From the NCBI GenBank assembly GCA_965206355.1, contig OZ242212.1:1310814-1374813 (forward strand): a stretch of 64,000 bases of DNA, in the 5' to 3' direction. Below the pieces are notes generated by a model. That model saw nothing but the letters and a program-made list of their open reading frames with translations. It did not search any database and had not been told where the DNA came from. Source of the stretch: Candidatus Spongiihabitans sp. Its GTDB lineage: Bacteria > Pseudomonadota > Gammaproteobacteria > Arenicellales > Poriferihabitantaceae. Below, one piece after another: positions 20,919 to 30,234 of the stretch. How positions within the stretch are numbered: position 1 is the stretch's first letter; each line of letters opens with the position of its first letter. A program made the translations under genes and the position numbers.

Positions 20919-22490
20919 ATGACTAGAAGAGCAGGTGGAAGAGAAGCGAGAAAAGCGTTAAGAGCCGCACCGTTGGCTGAAAAGAATAAACCGATTAAAC
21001 CCGGTCAGCATGGTGGGCGATATATGCCTTTGACAGCGAATCAGTTGCAGCGGATTCACGAGGCCATGCTTGATCTGCTTGAAAATGTGGGGTTTACCCG
21101 CTTTATTCCGTCTTGTGCGGAAATGGTTACTAAAGCGGGAGGACGCTTAACAGCTGAAGGACGCTTATTGTTTCCAAGAGAACTCATTGAATGGACCATG
21201 GCAACCTGCGCCCGCGACATCACCCTTTATGGGCAGTCTCCTGAACACGATATGCACCTGAGCGGAAACAAAGTGCATTTTGGTACGGCAGGGGCGGCGG
21301 TTCACGTTGTTGATGAGTGGAAACATCATGATAAATACCCCAAGGGTGGCAGTTATCGGGAATCTACGCTTCAGGATTTATATGATGCGGCGCGCTTGGT
21401 GGATAAGCATGAGCATATTCATTTCTTCCAACGTTGTCTGGTTGCCCGTGATGTTGAGCAGCCGGCGGCGATGGATTTGAATACCACCTATGCCTCGGTT
21501 GCCGGTACGCGTAAACACTGTGGGGTCAGTTATGTGGATCCGAGTCATGCCGAGGAAGGACTGAAACTATTGCATGAAATTGCCGGTGGTGAAGATAAAT
21601 GGCGTGCCCGACCGTTTGTCAGTGTGTCGTGTTGTTTCGTCGTGCCGCCATTGCGTTTTGCCGAAGATGCCTGCAAGGTGATGGAGGTCTGTATTCGTGG
21701 CGGCATGCCGGTATTACTGCTCGCCGCCGGACAGGCAGGCGCGACCAGTCCGGCATCTTTGGCGGGTGCGGTGGTGCAGGAATGTGCAGAATCTTTGGCC
21801 GCATTGGCGTATGCGAATCTGATTGTACCGGGGCATCCCTGTGTTTATGCGCCATGGCCTTTCGTTTCTGATTTGCGCACCGGTGCCATGAGTGGCGGTA
21901 GTGGCGAGCAGGCGGTGTTGATGGCCGCCTGTGGTCAGGTCGGACGCTATTTGAACCTGCCGACCGGCATTGCCGCAGGCATGGCGGATTCCAAAATTCC
22001 TGATGCCCAGTCCGGCTTTGAAAAGGGCTATACGTTAGCACTTGCCGGTCATAGCGGCACCAATTTGGTGTATGAATCGGTCGGTATGCAGGCAAGTTTG
22101 CTGGGCTTTAGCTTTGAAGGCACGACCATAGATAATGACATGCTGGGCGCAATCAATCGTAGCGTGCGAGGCATCGAAATAGATACCGAGACGCTGGCGC
22201 TGGAGACCATCGAAGATGTTTGTACCCATGGGCCGGAACATTTTCTGGGACATCAGGCGACTTTATCAAGAATGGAAAGCGATTACGTCTATCCAGATGT
22301 GGGTAACCGATTGACCCCGGCAGAATGGCAGGAGCTGGGTTCTAAAACGGTTAATGAGGTTGCCAGAGAAAAAACCCGCGAAATACTGGACAGCCATTTT
22401 CCTGCACATATATCGGCTGAGTTGGATGCGCGTATTCGAGGTAAATTTGATATTCGTTTGCCGCGTGAGCAGATGCAATCGAAAGGTTAA
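20919..22490 (+). CDS. MttB-family methyltransferase (non-pyrrolysine trimethylamine/glycine-betaine methyltransferase family)
   Basis: About 520 aa. The N terminus MTRRAGGREARKALRAAP and overall length/composition match what I recall of the MttB superfamily. There is no in-frame amber codon. Confidence 0.8.
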   Translation: MTRRAGGREARKALRAAPLAEKNKPIKPGQHGGRYMPLTANQLQRIHEAMLDLLENVGFTRFIPSCAEMVTKAGGRLTAEGRLLFPRELIEWTMATCARDITLYGQSPEHDMHLSGNKVHFGTAGAAVHVVDEWKHHDKYPKGGSYRESTLQDLYDAARLVDKHEHIHFFQRCLVARDVEQPAAMDLNTTYASVAGTRKHCGVSYVDPSHAEEGLKLLHEIAGGEDKWRARPFVSVSCCFVVPPLRFAEDACKVMEVCIRGGMPVLLLAAGQAGATSPASLAGAVVQECAESLAALAYANLIVPGHPCVYAPWPFVSDLRTGAMSGGSGEQAVLMAACGQVGRYLNLPTGIAAGMADSKIPDAQSGFEKGYTLALAGHSGTNLVYESVGMQASLLGFSFEGTTIDNDMLGAINRSVRGIEIDTETLALETIEDVCTHGPEHFLGHQATLSRMESDYVYPDVGNRLTPAEWQELGSKTVNEVAREKTREILDSHFPAHISAELDARIRGKFDIRLPREQMQSKG

Positions 22491-22602
22491 TTCACATGAT
22501 AAACAAATAAAAAATAGGCGTTAATTTAGAGGCGTTTTAAGTTAGGACACCCAGATAAAAGGGGTTAATTTAGAACACCAAATTCCGTCAAGAGAAAAAG
22601 TA

Positions 22603-22743
22603 ATGAGTGTCAAAAAACTGCCGACTCAGGCAAAAATAGTGATTGTGAGTGTGATGGACGCGAGTCTGGCGTATCATCTTGCGGAAAAAGGTTGGAGTGA
22701 TTGCTTGTTGATTGAAAAAGGCGAGCTGACATCCTCGAGGTAA
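22603..22743 (+). pseudogene. 46-codon stub of an FAD-dependent oxidoreductase (dimethylglycine/sarcosine dehydrogenase-like N terminus)
   Basis: MSVKKLPTQAKIVIVSVMDASLAYHLAEKGWSDCLLIEKGELTSSR-stop. It keeps the spacing of the N-terminal dinucleotide-binding fold (xxVIVGGGxxGxSxAYHLAKxGWxDVxLLEKxELTSG), but the GGG is lost and the ORF ends after 46 codons. Confidence 0.5.
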
Positions 22744-22760
22744 CTTTTTTGAAGAAATGA

Positions 22761-23264
22761 TTAGACAGGCTTATTCAATGCTACCGTATATTCGATTAAA
22801 ACAGGCGAATTACGGGGTAAGCTCTTTACTCCGACTACTGTTCTGGCATGGCGGCCTTTGTCGGCGAGTGTTTCTATCAAATACTGTGAGGCACCATTGG
22901 CCACTTCTGATATGTCTTCAAAAGCGTCATCATGAGCGACATAGCATGTGAGCCTCAGGATGCGATTAAGGTTTTCCAGCCCCCCCGCAGAGTGATTGAG
23001 CCATGCTAACGCTTGTTGGGAACAAATTTTTGCGGCATCTTTGGCGTTTTCAAGGCTGATTTCATTTCCTACTTTCCCAACATAAGCGAGTTCACCTCTT
23101 TGTTTGGGAATTTGACCGGCGAGACGGACGGTTAAACCATCGATGGCTAAAATATCATACGGATATTTGGTCCCTTCTGGAACCGGTAGATTGCGGGCAA
23201 TTTCCGATATGTCTGGATTGAGCTTACCTTTGAGTTCTTCCATAGAAATTTGAATTCCCGGCAT
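22761..23264 (-). CDS. RidA/YjgF-family protein
   Basis: 167 aa of YjgF/RidA-like size and sequence, as I recognise it. Its start shares base 23264 with the stop of the upstream TRAP permease gene. Call is by family resemblance only. Confidence 0.7.
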   Translation of the reverse strand: MPGIQISMEELKGKLNPDISEIARNLPVPEGTKYPYDILAIDGLTVRLAGQIPKQRGELAYVGKVGNEISLENAKDAAKICSQQALAWLNHSAGGLENLNRILRLTCYVAHDDAFEDISEVANGASQYLIETLADKGRHARTVVGVKSLPRNSPVLIEYTVALNKPV

Positions 23265-25144
23265 TATTTAGCAACATTCGGATTCGTAGAGTTGGACCTG
23301 ATTCTTTGTAGCCACCAGATACCGGCGATTGCAACTGCGGCAAAACAGTTGAGAACAACGTTGGGAACGATCAAAATTACCGCGGCAGATAGAAGAAGGA
23401 CACGCCCAAGCCATCCCAATGGACGGCTACCAAGCCATCCGGTCATAGTGATTGAAAGACATACAATTGCTATGGCCGAGCGTAGCAGTACAACAAATAA
23501 ACTTCCCCATTCCCCTTTCCCCAATAGCTCGGGATTGGCGACAAATAGAAACGGGATGACATATGCAGGCATACCCAACGCAAATGCCCGCCACCCCACA
23601 GCAGTGGAACTTGCTCCTGCGATTGGTGCTGCGGCAAACGCTGCCACTGCAACTGGTGGGGTAATTTGCCCAAGTACGGCATAGTAAAAAACAAACAGAT
23701 GTGCGGCCAATGGATTAGCACCAAGATTGACCAGGGCTGGGGCCACCAATGTTGCCTGAATAATATAGGCGGGTGTGGTCGGCATTCCCATACCAAAAAT
23801 AAAGGCCGCAATCATCGCCAAAAATAAGGCGGCGTAGAGATTGCCGTCAGCAAATGCTAGGACCAGACTGCTGAATCGGAAGCCGAGGCCCGAAATTTGA
23901 ACAATCCCAACAATAATACCGGCAGAAGCACAAGCAATAGCCACGGTAACAGCTGTGCGGGCACCGAGTTCCAACCCTTTTGCCAGGATTGATGGCGACA
24001 CCCACGTAGAGCGCCTGAGGAAAGGAGTGATCAAAGTGACCACCACCCCGTAAAAGGCGCAAACACTTGGAGTGTAGCCGATAATCAGGAAAATCATAAT
24101 CACAATCAAGGGCAACAAGAATGTCCACCCAGCCTTAAATTCGCACCAGGTGGCCCCCTTTTCGCTACGCTCCAAGGGCTGTAAGCCATGTTTCAACGCT
24201 TCCCAATGCACAGCCACAAATAGTGATGAAAAGAAAAGGAAAGCTGGCAGGGCCGCCGCCGTGATGACTTCTTGATAGCTGATTCCCAATATCGCGGCCA
24301 TTAGAAAGGCCGCCGCTCCCATGATCGGTGGAGTAATCTGTCCACCTGTAGAGGCGACCGCTTCAACTGCACCAGCGAAGGCTTTTGGATAACCCAGTTT
24401 TTTCATCATCGGGATGGTGACGGCACCAGTGGTTGCCACATTGGCGACCGAACTGCCAGACATTGTTCCCATCAACGCGCTTGCAACAACTGCCATTTTG
24501 GCAGGTCCACCGCGCGTTGACCCGGTTGCAGATTTTGTCACGTTTACAAAGAAGTCTCCGCCACCAATCACTTGAAGCAGTGCACCAAAGACAACAAACA
24601 AGAAAATAAAGTCTGTGGAAACCCCAAGGGCTACACCGAAAATACCTTCAAAACTGAAATACATTTGGTCAACAAATTCGTTGATACCGACGCCCTTGTG
24701 GGCAAGAGGCCGCAGAATTTCGACATGACGCATGTAAGGCCCGGCAAACCCATAAACAACGAAGATCAAACAAAGTCCCGTAATCGCATTCCCTAGGCAT
24801 CTGCGCGTTAATTCCAGCACGACCAGCACCGTTCCGAGTGCGACAAAAAGTTCAACCAGCGTTGCCGTTTGTGTCCAAGGTGGGCGAATAACAATCGAGG
24901 CATGAAAAACAATCATATACCCGACGCACAGAATTGATAAGCCAATGAGTACAGCATCCAATACGCTGTGCATTCGGTTACCAGTCAACCTGTAGGTCAG
25001 ATATCCGATTACCAGAGAGAACAAAAGATGTGTGGCCCGCACTATCAGGTCGGGAAATAAGGTAAATGGTGAAGCTGTCAATAGATGGAACAACGCCATC
25101 GTTACTGCAAGAACGGCGATTATTTTTTCGAGCTTTAGGGTCAT
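23264..25144 (-). CDS. TRAP transporter fused permease subunit (TAXI-type system)
   Basis: 626 aa, very hydrophobic, with DctQ-like plus DctM-like fused architecture. Adjacent to a TAXI solute receptor. Confidence 0.85.
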   Translation of the reverse strand: MTLKLEKIIAVLAVTMALFHLLTASPFTLFPDLIVRATHLLFSLVIGYLTYRLTGNRMHSVLDAVLIGLSILCVGYMIVFHASIVIRPPWTQTATLVELFVALGTVLVVLELTRRCLGNAITGLCLIFVVYGFAGPYMRHVEILRPLAHKGVGINEFVDQMYFSFEGIFGVALGVSTDFIFLFVVFGALLQVIGGGDFFVNVTKSATGSTRGGPAKMAVVASALMGTMSGSSVANVATTGAVTIPMMKKLGYPKAFAGAVEAVASTGGQITPPIMGAAAFLMAAILGISYQEVITAAALPAFLFFSSLFVAVHWEALKHGLQPLERSEKGATWCEFKAGWTFLLPLIVIMIFLIIGYTPSVCAFYGVVVTLITPFLRRSTWVSPSILAKGLELGARTAVTVAIACASAGIIVGIVQISGLGFRFSSLVLAFADGNLYAALFLAMIAAFIFGMGMPTTPAYIIQATLVAPALVNLGANPLAAHLFVFYYAVLGQITPPVAVAAFAAAPIAGASSTAVGWRAFALGMPAYVIPFLFVANPELLGKGEWGSLFVVLLRSAIAIVCLSITMTGWLGSRPLGWLGRVLLLSAAVILIVPNVVLNCFAAVAIAGIWWLQRIRSNSTNPNVAK

Positions 25145-25271
25145 GAACAGGCTTTTTCAATGAAAGCGTACACTGTATTAACTCACACGCACAATGCATC
25201 TAACGCTAAATCTAAAGCACAAGAAACATAAACTTTCACAGACCCACTTCGGGCTGGGAGAGCCGTTATAA

Positions 25272-26288
25272 TTAATTCAGAGCGGCTGCATCCGTCTGGA
25301 TTCTTTGCTCTTTATAGAACTTTGCGGCACCTGGGTGAATAGGTGCCAGCATGCCACGACCAGTGGTATCTTTGGAGATATACCGTAGAAGAGCATGGGT
25401 TTTCTGGAATTTTTCAAGGTTGTTCCAGATAGTTGATGTCACTTTATATGCAGTATCATAAGACATCTTGTCGGAGGCAAACAGGAATGTTTTGGTGCCT
25501 ACAGAGATCGCGGTTGCGACTTGCCCCTGATAAAGACCAACCGGCAGCGTCACTTTTTCAAATCCACTTCCGTATTTTTCCAAATACTTATCAACCTTTG
25601 CTTCATCAAGCGAAAGAACACGAATTTTACGGGCAGCTTCTGTCGCAATAACAGTTGAGTGCGGATACAAGGCAAGCCACATTACAGCATCTAGCTGACC
25701 GTTGCGCAGACCGTTTTGTGATTCTTTCCAACTCAAGTGATGTACTTTACCACCATTAGCTCCCAGATCTTCGATCTTCATTCCGTACACAGAGAGCAGG
25801 TTGTTGAATGCATTCCATGATGTTTGACCAGGCTGGCCAGCACTAATTTGCTTGCCAACAAGATCTTCAATTGAGTTGATATCAGAGCTGGCATCTACCC
25901 AAATCTGAATAGCGCTTGGGAAAAAAGTCATTAGACCTTTAATGTTTTTGATAGGCTTTTCCGGAGTTGCGGGATCTCTGCCAGCCCAAGCGTCTGAAGC
26001 GTTACTTGCTGATGTGATACCGAGATCTGCTTCACCTGATGATACGCGAAGTAGGTTTGGACCAGAGCCACCTGGCTGAACCCCGACAATGCTGTCTGGA
26101 AACGCCGTGCGCATTAAATCACCAAGACCTGTTGCAACAACATTGAATGTGCCGCCACTAGGACCGCCACCAATGTTAAGGAACTTGGGGTCGGCAGCTT
26201 GTGCAATTGTGATTATGGAAAGCGTAGCGACCACAGAAAATGCCTGTGCGACTACACGGATGGAGCATGATTTCGGTAAGTGAATCAT
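25272..26288 (-). CDS. TAXI-family TRAP transporter solute-binding subunit
   Basis: Signal peptide then GGGPSGGTFNVVATGLGDL (TAXI hallmark). ATG 26288 is preceded by AAGGAG. Confidence 0.85.
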   Translation of the reverse strand: MIHLPKSCSIRVVAQAFSVVATLSIITIAQAADPKFLNIGGGPSGGTFNVVATGLGDLMRTAFPDSIVGVQPGGSGPNLLRVSSGEADLGITSASNASDAWAGRDPATPEKPIKNIKGLMTFFPSAIQIWVDASSDINSIEDLVGKQISAGQPGQTSWNAFNNLLSVYGMKIEDLGANGGKVHHLSWKESQNGLRNGQLDAVMWLALYPHSTVIATEAARKIRVLSLDEAKVDKYLEKYGSGFEKVTLPVGLYQGQVATAISVGTKTFLFASDKMSYDTAYKVTSTIWNNLEKFQKTHALLRYISKDTTGRGMLAPIHPGAAKFYKEQRIQTDAAALN

Positions 26289-26615
26289 TAGGAATCTCCT
26301 TTTTTTTAGACAATCAATTAAGAAGCAAATAAGACCGAACACAACAATTATACTTTAATGTAGAAATAAATCCCATTTTATACAATAAACATTATAGGTT
26401 AATAGCGGTTCCATATTTCTGATCGTTCACCTTATCCACTGAGACCTTAATGCAAGCATTACAATGTTTAACAAAGCTGGCAACGGTTGGAGATGATATT
26501 ATTACAGTTCGAGTTATCAGACCGAGCTCGTGGCACAAAGGCGAATCCATCTAATTTTTTGTGTTTGGTTAATCTGGGTGGACAAGAATAACAATCGTGC
26601 ATTTAAATATTAAAT

Positions 26616-26754
26616 GAGACCTTTGCACGGAAGATGATTTCGCTTTCAGGCCAGACAAAAACGCACGGAATGAGGGAGTTTATGCTTATAAATGACCGAT
26701 TGAGTACGTTTTTAACGCAGTATGCAGGTGAAATGGCTTTCGTGCAAAGGTCTC
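26616..26754 (+). mobile_element. 139-bp MITE, copy 1 (TIR GAGACCTTTGCACG...; TSD TAAAT)
   Basis: Terminal inverted repeats gagacctttgcacggaag.../...ctttcgtgcaaaggtctc. Flanked by taaat on both sides (26611-26615 and 26755-26759). About 96-97% identical copies lie at 42919 and 45186. Confidence 0.85.
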
Positions 26755-26859
26755 TAAATAACTTACATACACTCCAGAGTGTATTGTATGTTTGGTGGTA
26801 CTACATAACTGGACAAATTGACTACTGCTGGGGATTGTTATTGTTAGTAACACATAACC

Positions 26860-27525
26860 TGTCCGGTCTTGTAGCACATGATCTGTCTGGTTTTCATACT
26901 GCCCCGAGGAGGGAAGTTTATGAGGTGGACAGAGTGGCTGCAGGAGACCCGACTGACGAGATTTGAGGAAGCATATGAGAAGGACGGGGAGCTGTTTCAC
27001 CCAGAAGGAAGCGCGATTGCTGGGGGTTTGTGCCCGGACATTTCGACGCTACATTGATCGGTATGAGGATGAGGGCCTGGATGGTCTCATCGACAAAACA
27101 GAGACCTACCTGCCGGCTTACAACGCCGAGTTTACCCAGCCGTCACCAGAGCCGGGTTCCGCCTTTGTGGCGTGTCCGGATTTGAGCGTATTGGATAACA
27201 CCCTGTGTGAGCGCTTTGAGCGGACGGTGGGGAAGGACAATTGTGTGCACTTTGCGGGGCGGGAGCTACAGATACCAGCGGATCGTCACCGCTGTCATTA
27301 TGTCAAGGCGAAGGTCAAAGTGCTACGCTACCCCGATAACACCCTGGCCATTCACCACGGCCCCCGGGAGCTGGCAAGGTATGATGCCTTGTATCAGGTA
27401 GTATCAAATGCATTCCCGGTTGTCGCCTAATGTCCGCGGCTCAACCGGTAGTGGACAGGCCCCTCTTGGGAACCTTTCAACCATCACGCTAAAAGCGGAC
27501 AACCTATGTGCTACGAAACCGGACA
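26860..27525 (+). mobile_element. internally deleted IS remnant (666 bp) bounded by 20-bp inverted repeats
   Basis: TGTCCGGTCTTGTAGCACAT at 26860-26879. The reverse complement of 27506-27525 is TGTCCGGTTTCGTAGCACAT (18/20 match). Extra GGACA/TGTCC subterminal motifs occur inside both ends. It encloses the decayed transposase ORF. Confidence 0.7.
26921..27430 (+). pseudogene. transposase pseudogene (frameshifted and lacking the catalytic core)
   Basis: MRWTEWLQETRLTRFEEAYE (frame from 26921) shifts frame into ...QKEARLLGVCARTFRRYIDRYEDEGLDGLIDK (HTH). That is joined directly to a C-terminal transposase tail (LPAYNAEFTQP...CVHFAGRELQIPADRHRCHYVKAKVKVLRYPDNTLAIHHG). No DDE/rve core is present. 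The family (ISNCY-like?) is recalled only loosely. Confidence 0.6.
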
Positions 27526-27922
27526 TTTCTATTTGTTGCTAACAGCAGTGTTTGCGGTCGCCCGATCTCGCCGGGCCGCCAGGGTGGGTTGCCATTTCCC
27601 AGACTGCTCCAAGCGCCGCGCATAACCATACCATCCGAAACGATTGGCCACACCAGCGACGACACCGAACTGCAAGATTACCTGAGCTGCAACTCCCCGG
27701 CACCAGCGACGGCTTGCGCGCCCTGCACGACCGCGACGCCAGCCGTTGCGAAGCGGTGCTGAGCCTTGCCATCCATGCTGGGCGGCGGCGAGGGAAGAAA
27801 AATGGCTGCGCCAGGCGGAACTAAATTTCATTCGCGAAGTCACTACATGGTACCACCCGCCGCGCCGTTGCAGGACGCGGCACCCCCTGCGGTTGCAATT
27901 CCCATCAACCTTACCAAACGAC

Positions 27923-28348
27923 ATGACGATGAATATCCCCAACCACCTGCTGCGCACCGCCCTGCTCGGCCTGTGCCTGCTCGCCACCTCGTTGCCCGAT
28001 GCCGTAGCGCAACCGTTGGCCGGCGGTGGCTGGATCAATAAAAGCTACGACATCCACGGCAACTGGGAAATCACCGCCCGGGACGGCGAACGCTACCTCG
28101 TCTTTGATGAGGACTTCCAAACCCGCCGCGGCCCGGATCTCAAGGTGTACCTGTCCACCCTTTCGGTGGCTGCGGTGAGCGACCGCACGGTGGCGGAAAA
28201 TTCGGTGGAAATCGCCCCCCTGAAGTCGGCCCGCGGCGCCCAGGAATACGTAATCCCGGCGCACCTCGATCTCGCCGATTACCGCTCCGTGCTGATTCAC
28301 TGCAAGGCATATTCCCACCTGTGGGGCGGTGGGGAAATCATCCCCTGA
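27923..28348 (+). CDS. DM13 domain-containing secreted protein
   Basis: ATG 27923, signal peptide (LLRTALLGLCLLATSLPDAVA), then a DM13-like pattern (HGNWEI...FDEDFQTRRGPDLKVYLS...YRSVLIHCKAYSHLWGGG). The ORF-track start at 27746 adds unlikely sequence. Confidence 0.65.
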   Translation: MTMNIPNHLLRTALLGLCLLATSLPDAVAQPLAGGGWINKSYDIHGNWEITARDGERYLVFDEDFQTRRGPDLKVYLSTLSVAAVSDRTVAENSVEIAPLKSARGAQEYVIPAHLDLADYRSVLIHCKAYSHLWGGGEIIP

Positions 28349-28355
28349 ACCACTG

Positions 28356-28439
28356 CCTGTAGGCGGGGCAATGCGCCCTGTAGACGGAGCGACGCGCCCT
28401 ACACAGCCGGAGCGATGCACCCTGTAGACGGAGCGGCGG
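28356..28439. repeat. four tandem 19-23-bp GC-rich units (CCTGTAGACGGAGCGxxGCGC type)
   Basis: cctgtaggcggggcaatgcgc / cctgtagacggagcgacgcgc / cctacacagccggagcgatgcac / cctgtagacggagcggcgg, read directly. Confidence 0.75.
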
Positions 28440-29175
28440 TTGGGATAAAATGACGGGCCGCATCCCCGCCGGTTACCATGAGTTTCGCCGCGTGCACCAG
28501 CAGGCGGGTGCTAGCGCCTTCCTCGAGGCCGCTGCCCTTGAGGTTGCGGGTCATGCTGGCGTACTTGACCAGTTTGTCGGCGGTGACGGCGTCCAGCCCG
28601 GATTCGCGGACGATGATGTCGGCTTCCAGATCGGCACCGGGGTAGTTGAATTCGATGGAGACAAAGTGCTGTCGGGTGCTTTGCTTCAAGTCCTTGAGCA
28701 CGCTCTGATAGCCGGGATTGTAGGAGATGACGAGGCAGAATTCGGTCGGGGCGTGCAGCAGTTCACCGGTCTTGTCGATGGGCAGCGCGCGCCGGTCGTC
28801 GGCCAGCGGATGAATCACCACCGTGGTGTCCTTGCGCGCTTCGACGATTTCATCGAGATAGCAGATACCACCGGCGCGCACCGCGCGGCTCAGCGGGCCG
28901 TCCACCCAGCGGGTCTCGCCACCGACGATCAGATAACGCCCCACCAGATCCGCCGCGGTCAGGTCATCGTGGCACGACACTGTAACCAGTGGCCGCGAAA
29001 GCCGCCACGCAAGATGCTCCACAAAGCGGGTTTTCCCGCACCCGGTAGGGCCTTTGAGCAATACCGGAATGCGGTTCCGGTAGGCCGCCTCGAACAACGC
29101 AATCTCGTCTCGCTGCGGCGCGTAGTAGGGCTCGTCTTCGATGAGGTGTTGCTGCAATGCTGGTTCGCGGTTCAT
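28399..29175 (-). CDS. CbbQ/NirQ/NorQ-family AAA+ (MoxR-like) ATPase, apparently 3'-truncated
   Basis: Walker [14 protein letters not shown], Walker [11 protein letters not shown] and [21 protein letters not shown]. Similarity to CbbQ as I recall it ends after ...[15 protein letters not shown]. The last ~20 codons are read from the tandem repeat at 28356-28439. No cbbO/norD or RuBisCO partner is nearby. Confidence 0.8.
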   Translation of the reverse strand: MNREPALQQHLIEDEPYYAPQRDEIALFEAAYRNRIPVLLKGPTGCGKTRFVEHLAWRLSRPLVTVSCHDDLTAADLVGRYLIVGGETRWVDGPLSRAVRAGGICYLDEIVEARKDTTVVIHPLADDRRALPIDKTGELLHAPTEFCLVISYNPGYQSVLKDLKQSTRQHFVSIEFNYPGADLEADIIVRESGLDAVTADKLVKYASMTRNLKGSGLEEGASTRLLVHAAKLMVTGGDAARHFIPTAAPSTGCIAPAV

Positions 29176-29248
29176 TGGATTTGGCTGGTCACGGATATTT
29201 CGGAATTTTTTTATTTTGGAGAAATATAGACCATTATAATCCACTAAA

Positions 29249-29641
29249 TCAGGTCAATGACACGCCGTGAATTTCCTCACTGTCATCACGATTCCAATAT
29301 TTATTCGGATTTTCAGCATCCGATTTATACAATGATCTCAATCCAAATGCTGCAGTAACGCTTACCGTTGGTTCTTCATGAACATGGTATTGATTTATAA
29401 CTGCTAAAGTTCGCTTCAATACTTCGTGTTTTTTAGGTATTGAGATAATGATCTCCGATGATGGCACTTCCTGAATCGTTTCTTCAGCTCCTCCATATGT
29501 TCCTTCATTTCCTTTGAATCGACAACGACCACAATCGCGAATATACATACAGTGAGAATAATTTCCTTGTATTAATGGAAGTTTTTCTCCAAGTATTTTT
29601 GCAAACTCATCGACGGCTTTAAGTGGAACTTGTATATTCAC
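29249..29641 (-). CDS. hypothetical protein, possibly YqfO/Nif3-insert-like (COG3323-type) fold
   Basis: [22 protein letters not shown]...[43 protein letters not shown] parallels my recollection of the GNYxxCxxxxxGxGxFxP...G...E.E.R.E....L..V..A....HPYEEP pattern. Weak call. Confidence 0.35.
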   Translation of the reverse strand: MNIQVPLKAVDEFAKILGEKLPLIQGNYSHCMYIRDCGRCRFKGNEGTYGGAEETIQEVPSSEIIISIPKKHEVLKRTLAVINQYHVHEEPTVSVTAAFGLRSLYKSDAENPNKYWNRDDSEEIHGVSLT

Positions 29642-29715
29642 AACCTATTCTGATTGCAGAAAATATTCATCTGTCTTGTAAATTTCTAACGCCATTTATG
29701 CTACACCGTTTGCTT

Positions 29716-30117
29716 TCATGGCATCCACTCCATTGCCAGCTCAGCTTGAAAAAAGGAATTTCCGCTTGGAGTAACAATGGCAGATCGGTCTATATCGCCA
29801 CGTATTATATATTTTTGACTGAAAAGAAACTTGCAGAAATCTATAGACCAGGCACCAGATATATGTGGGATTTGATGAGAATAGTCCATACAAGCATTGA
29901 TTTGTACTCGGTCTCGCGACCCTATTCCCAGTTTTTGCGACCATTCCTTCCCACAGTCAGTAAGCATATACTTGACGCTTTCAGGTTTTCTGCTAATTTT
30001 CAGGTAGCCACGTTTTTCTAGTGCAGCGACAATGGATATACCAAGCGCTCCCGCCAAATGACGGTAGCAGGTACGCGCCGCAACAAGATCACCGGATAAT
30101 CGACAATGCGTATTCAT
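29716..30117 (-). CDS. putative winged-helix transcriptional regulator (ArsR-related subgroup with a TCYxHLAG motif)
   Basis: ARTCYRHLAGALGISIVAALEKRGYL resembles the TCYDHLAGxLG segment of a subgroup of ArsR-type regulators. No classical N-terminal HTH precedes it, so it may be partial. Confidence 0.4.
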   Translation of the reverse strand: MNTHCRLSGDLVAARTCYRHLAGALGISIVAALEKRGYLKISRKPESVKYMLTDCGKEWSQKLGIGSRDRVQINACMDYSHQIPHISGAWSIDFCKFLFSQKYIIRGDIDRSAIVTPSGNSFFQAELAMEWMP

Positions 30118-30234
30118 AATAGTTTCCTGAGACCTTAAACTTCCACGGATTTAACCGCTGGGTGCGCTAAATTACTCGTCAGCAAAAGAACCACTGTAAT
30201 TATACCAAGGTAATCATACTATAAGGTAATCACA

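Noticed and set aside
21599-22478. ORFs within mttB in other frames (21599-21871 +, 21619-22095 -, 22035-22253 -, 22266-22478 -)
   Set aside because: They are embedded in a well-supported 520-aa gene. Their biased composition shows no family resemblance.
26634-27000. ORFs 26634-26966 (+) and 26686-27000 (-)
   Set aside because: Both start inside or run through the MITE and the IS terminal region. The peptides recur wherever the MITE occurs, so they reflect repeat sequence rather than genes.
27529-29229. Long overlapping ORFs in the GC-rich patch (27529-28038 -, 27552-27824 +, 27911-28420 -, 28450-29229 +)
   Set aside because: They overlap each other or lie antisense to the recognisable DM13 and CbbQ-like genes. 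They are Arg/Ala/Gly/Pro-rich, as expected from stop-codon depletion in GC-rich DNA. No motifs were recognised.
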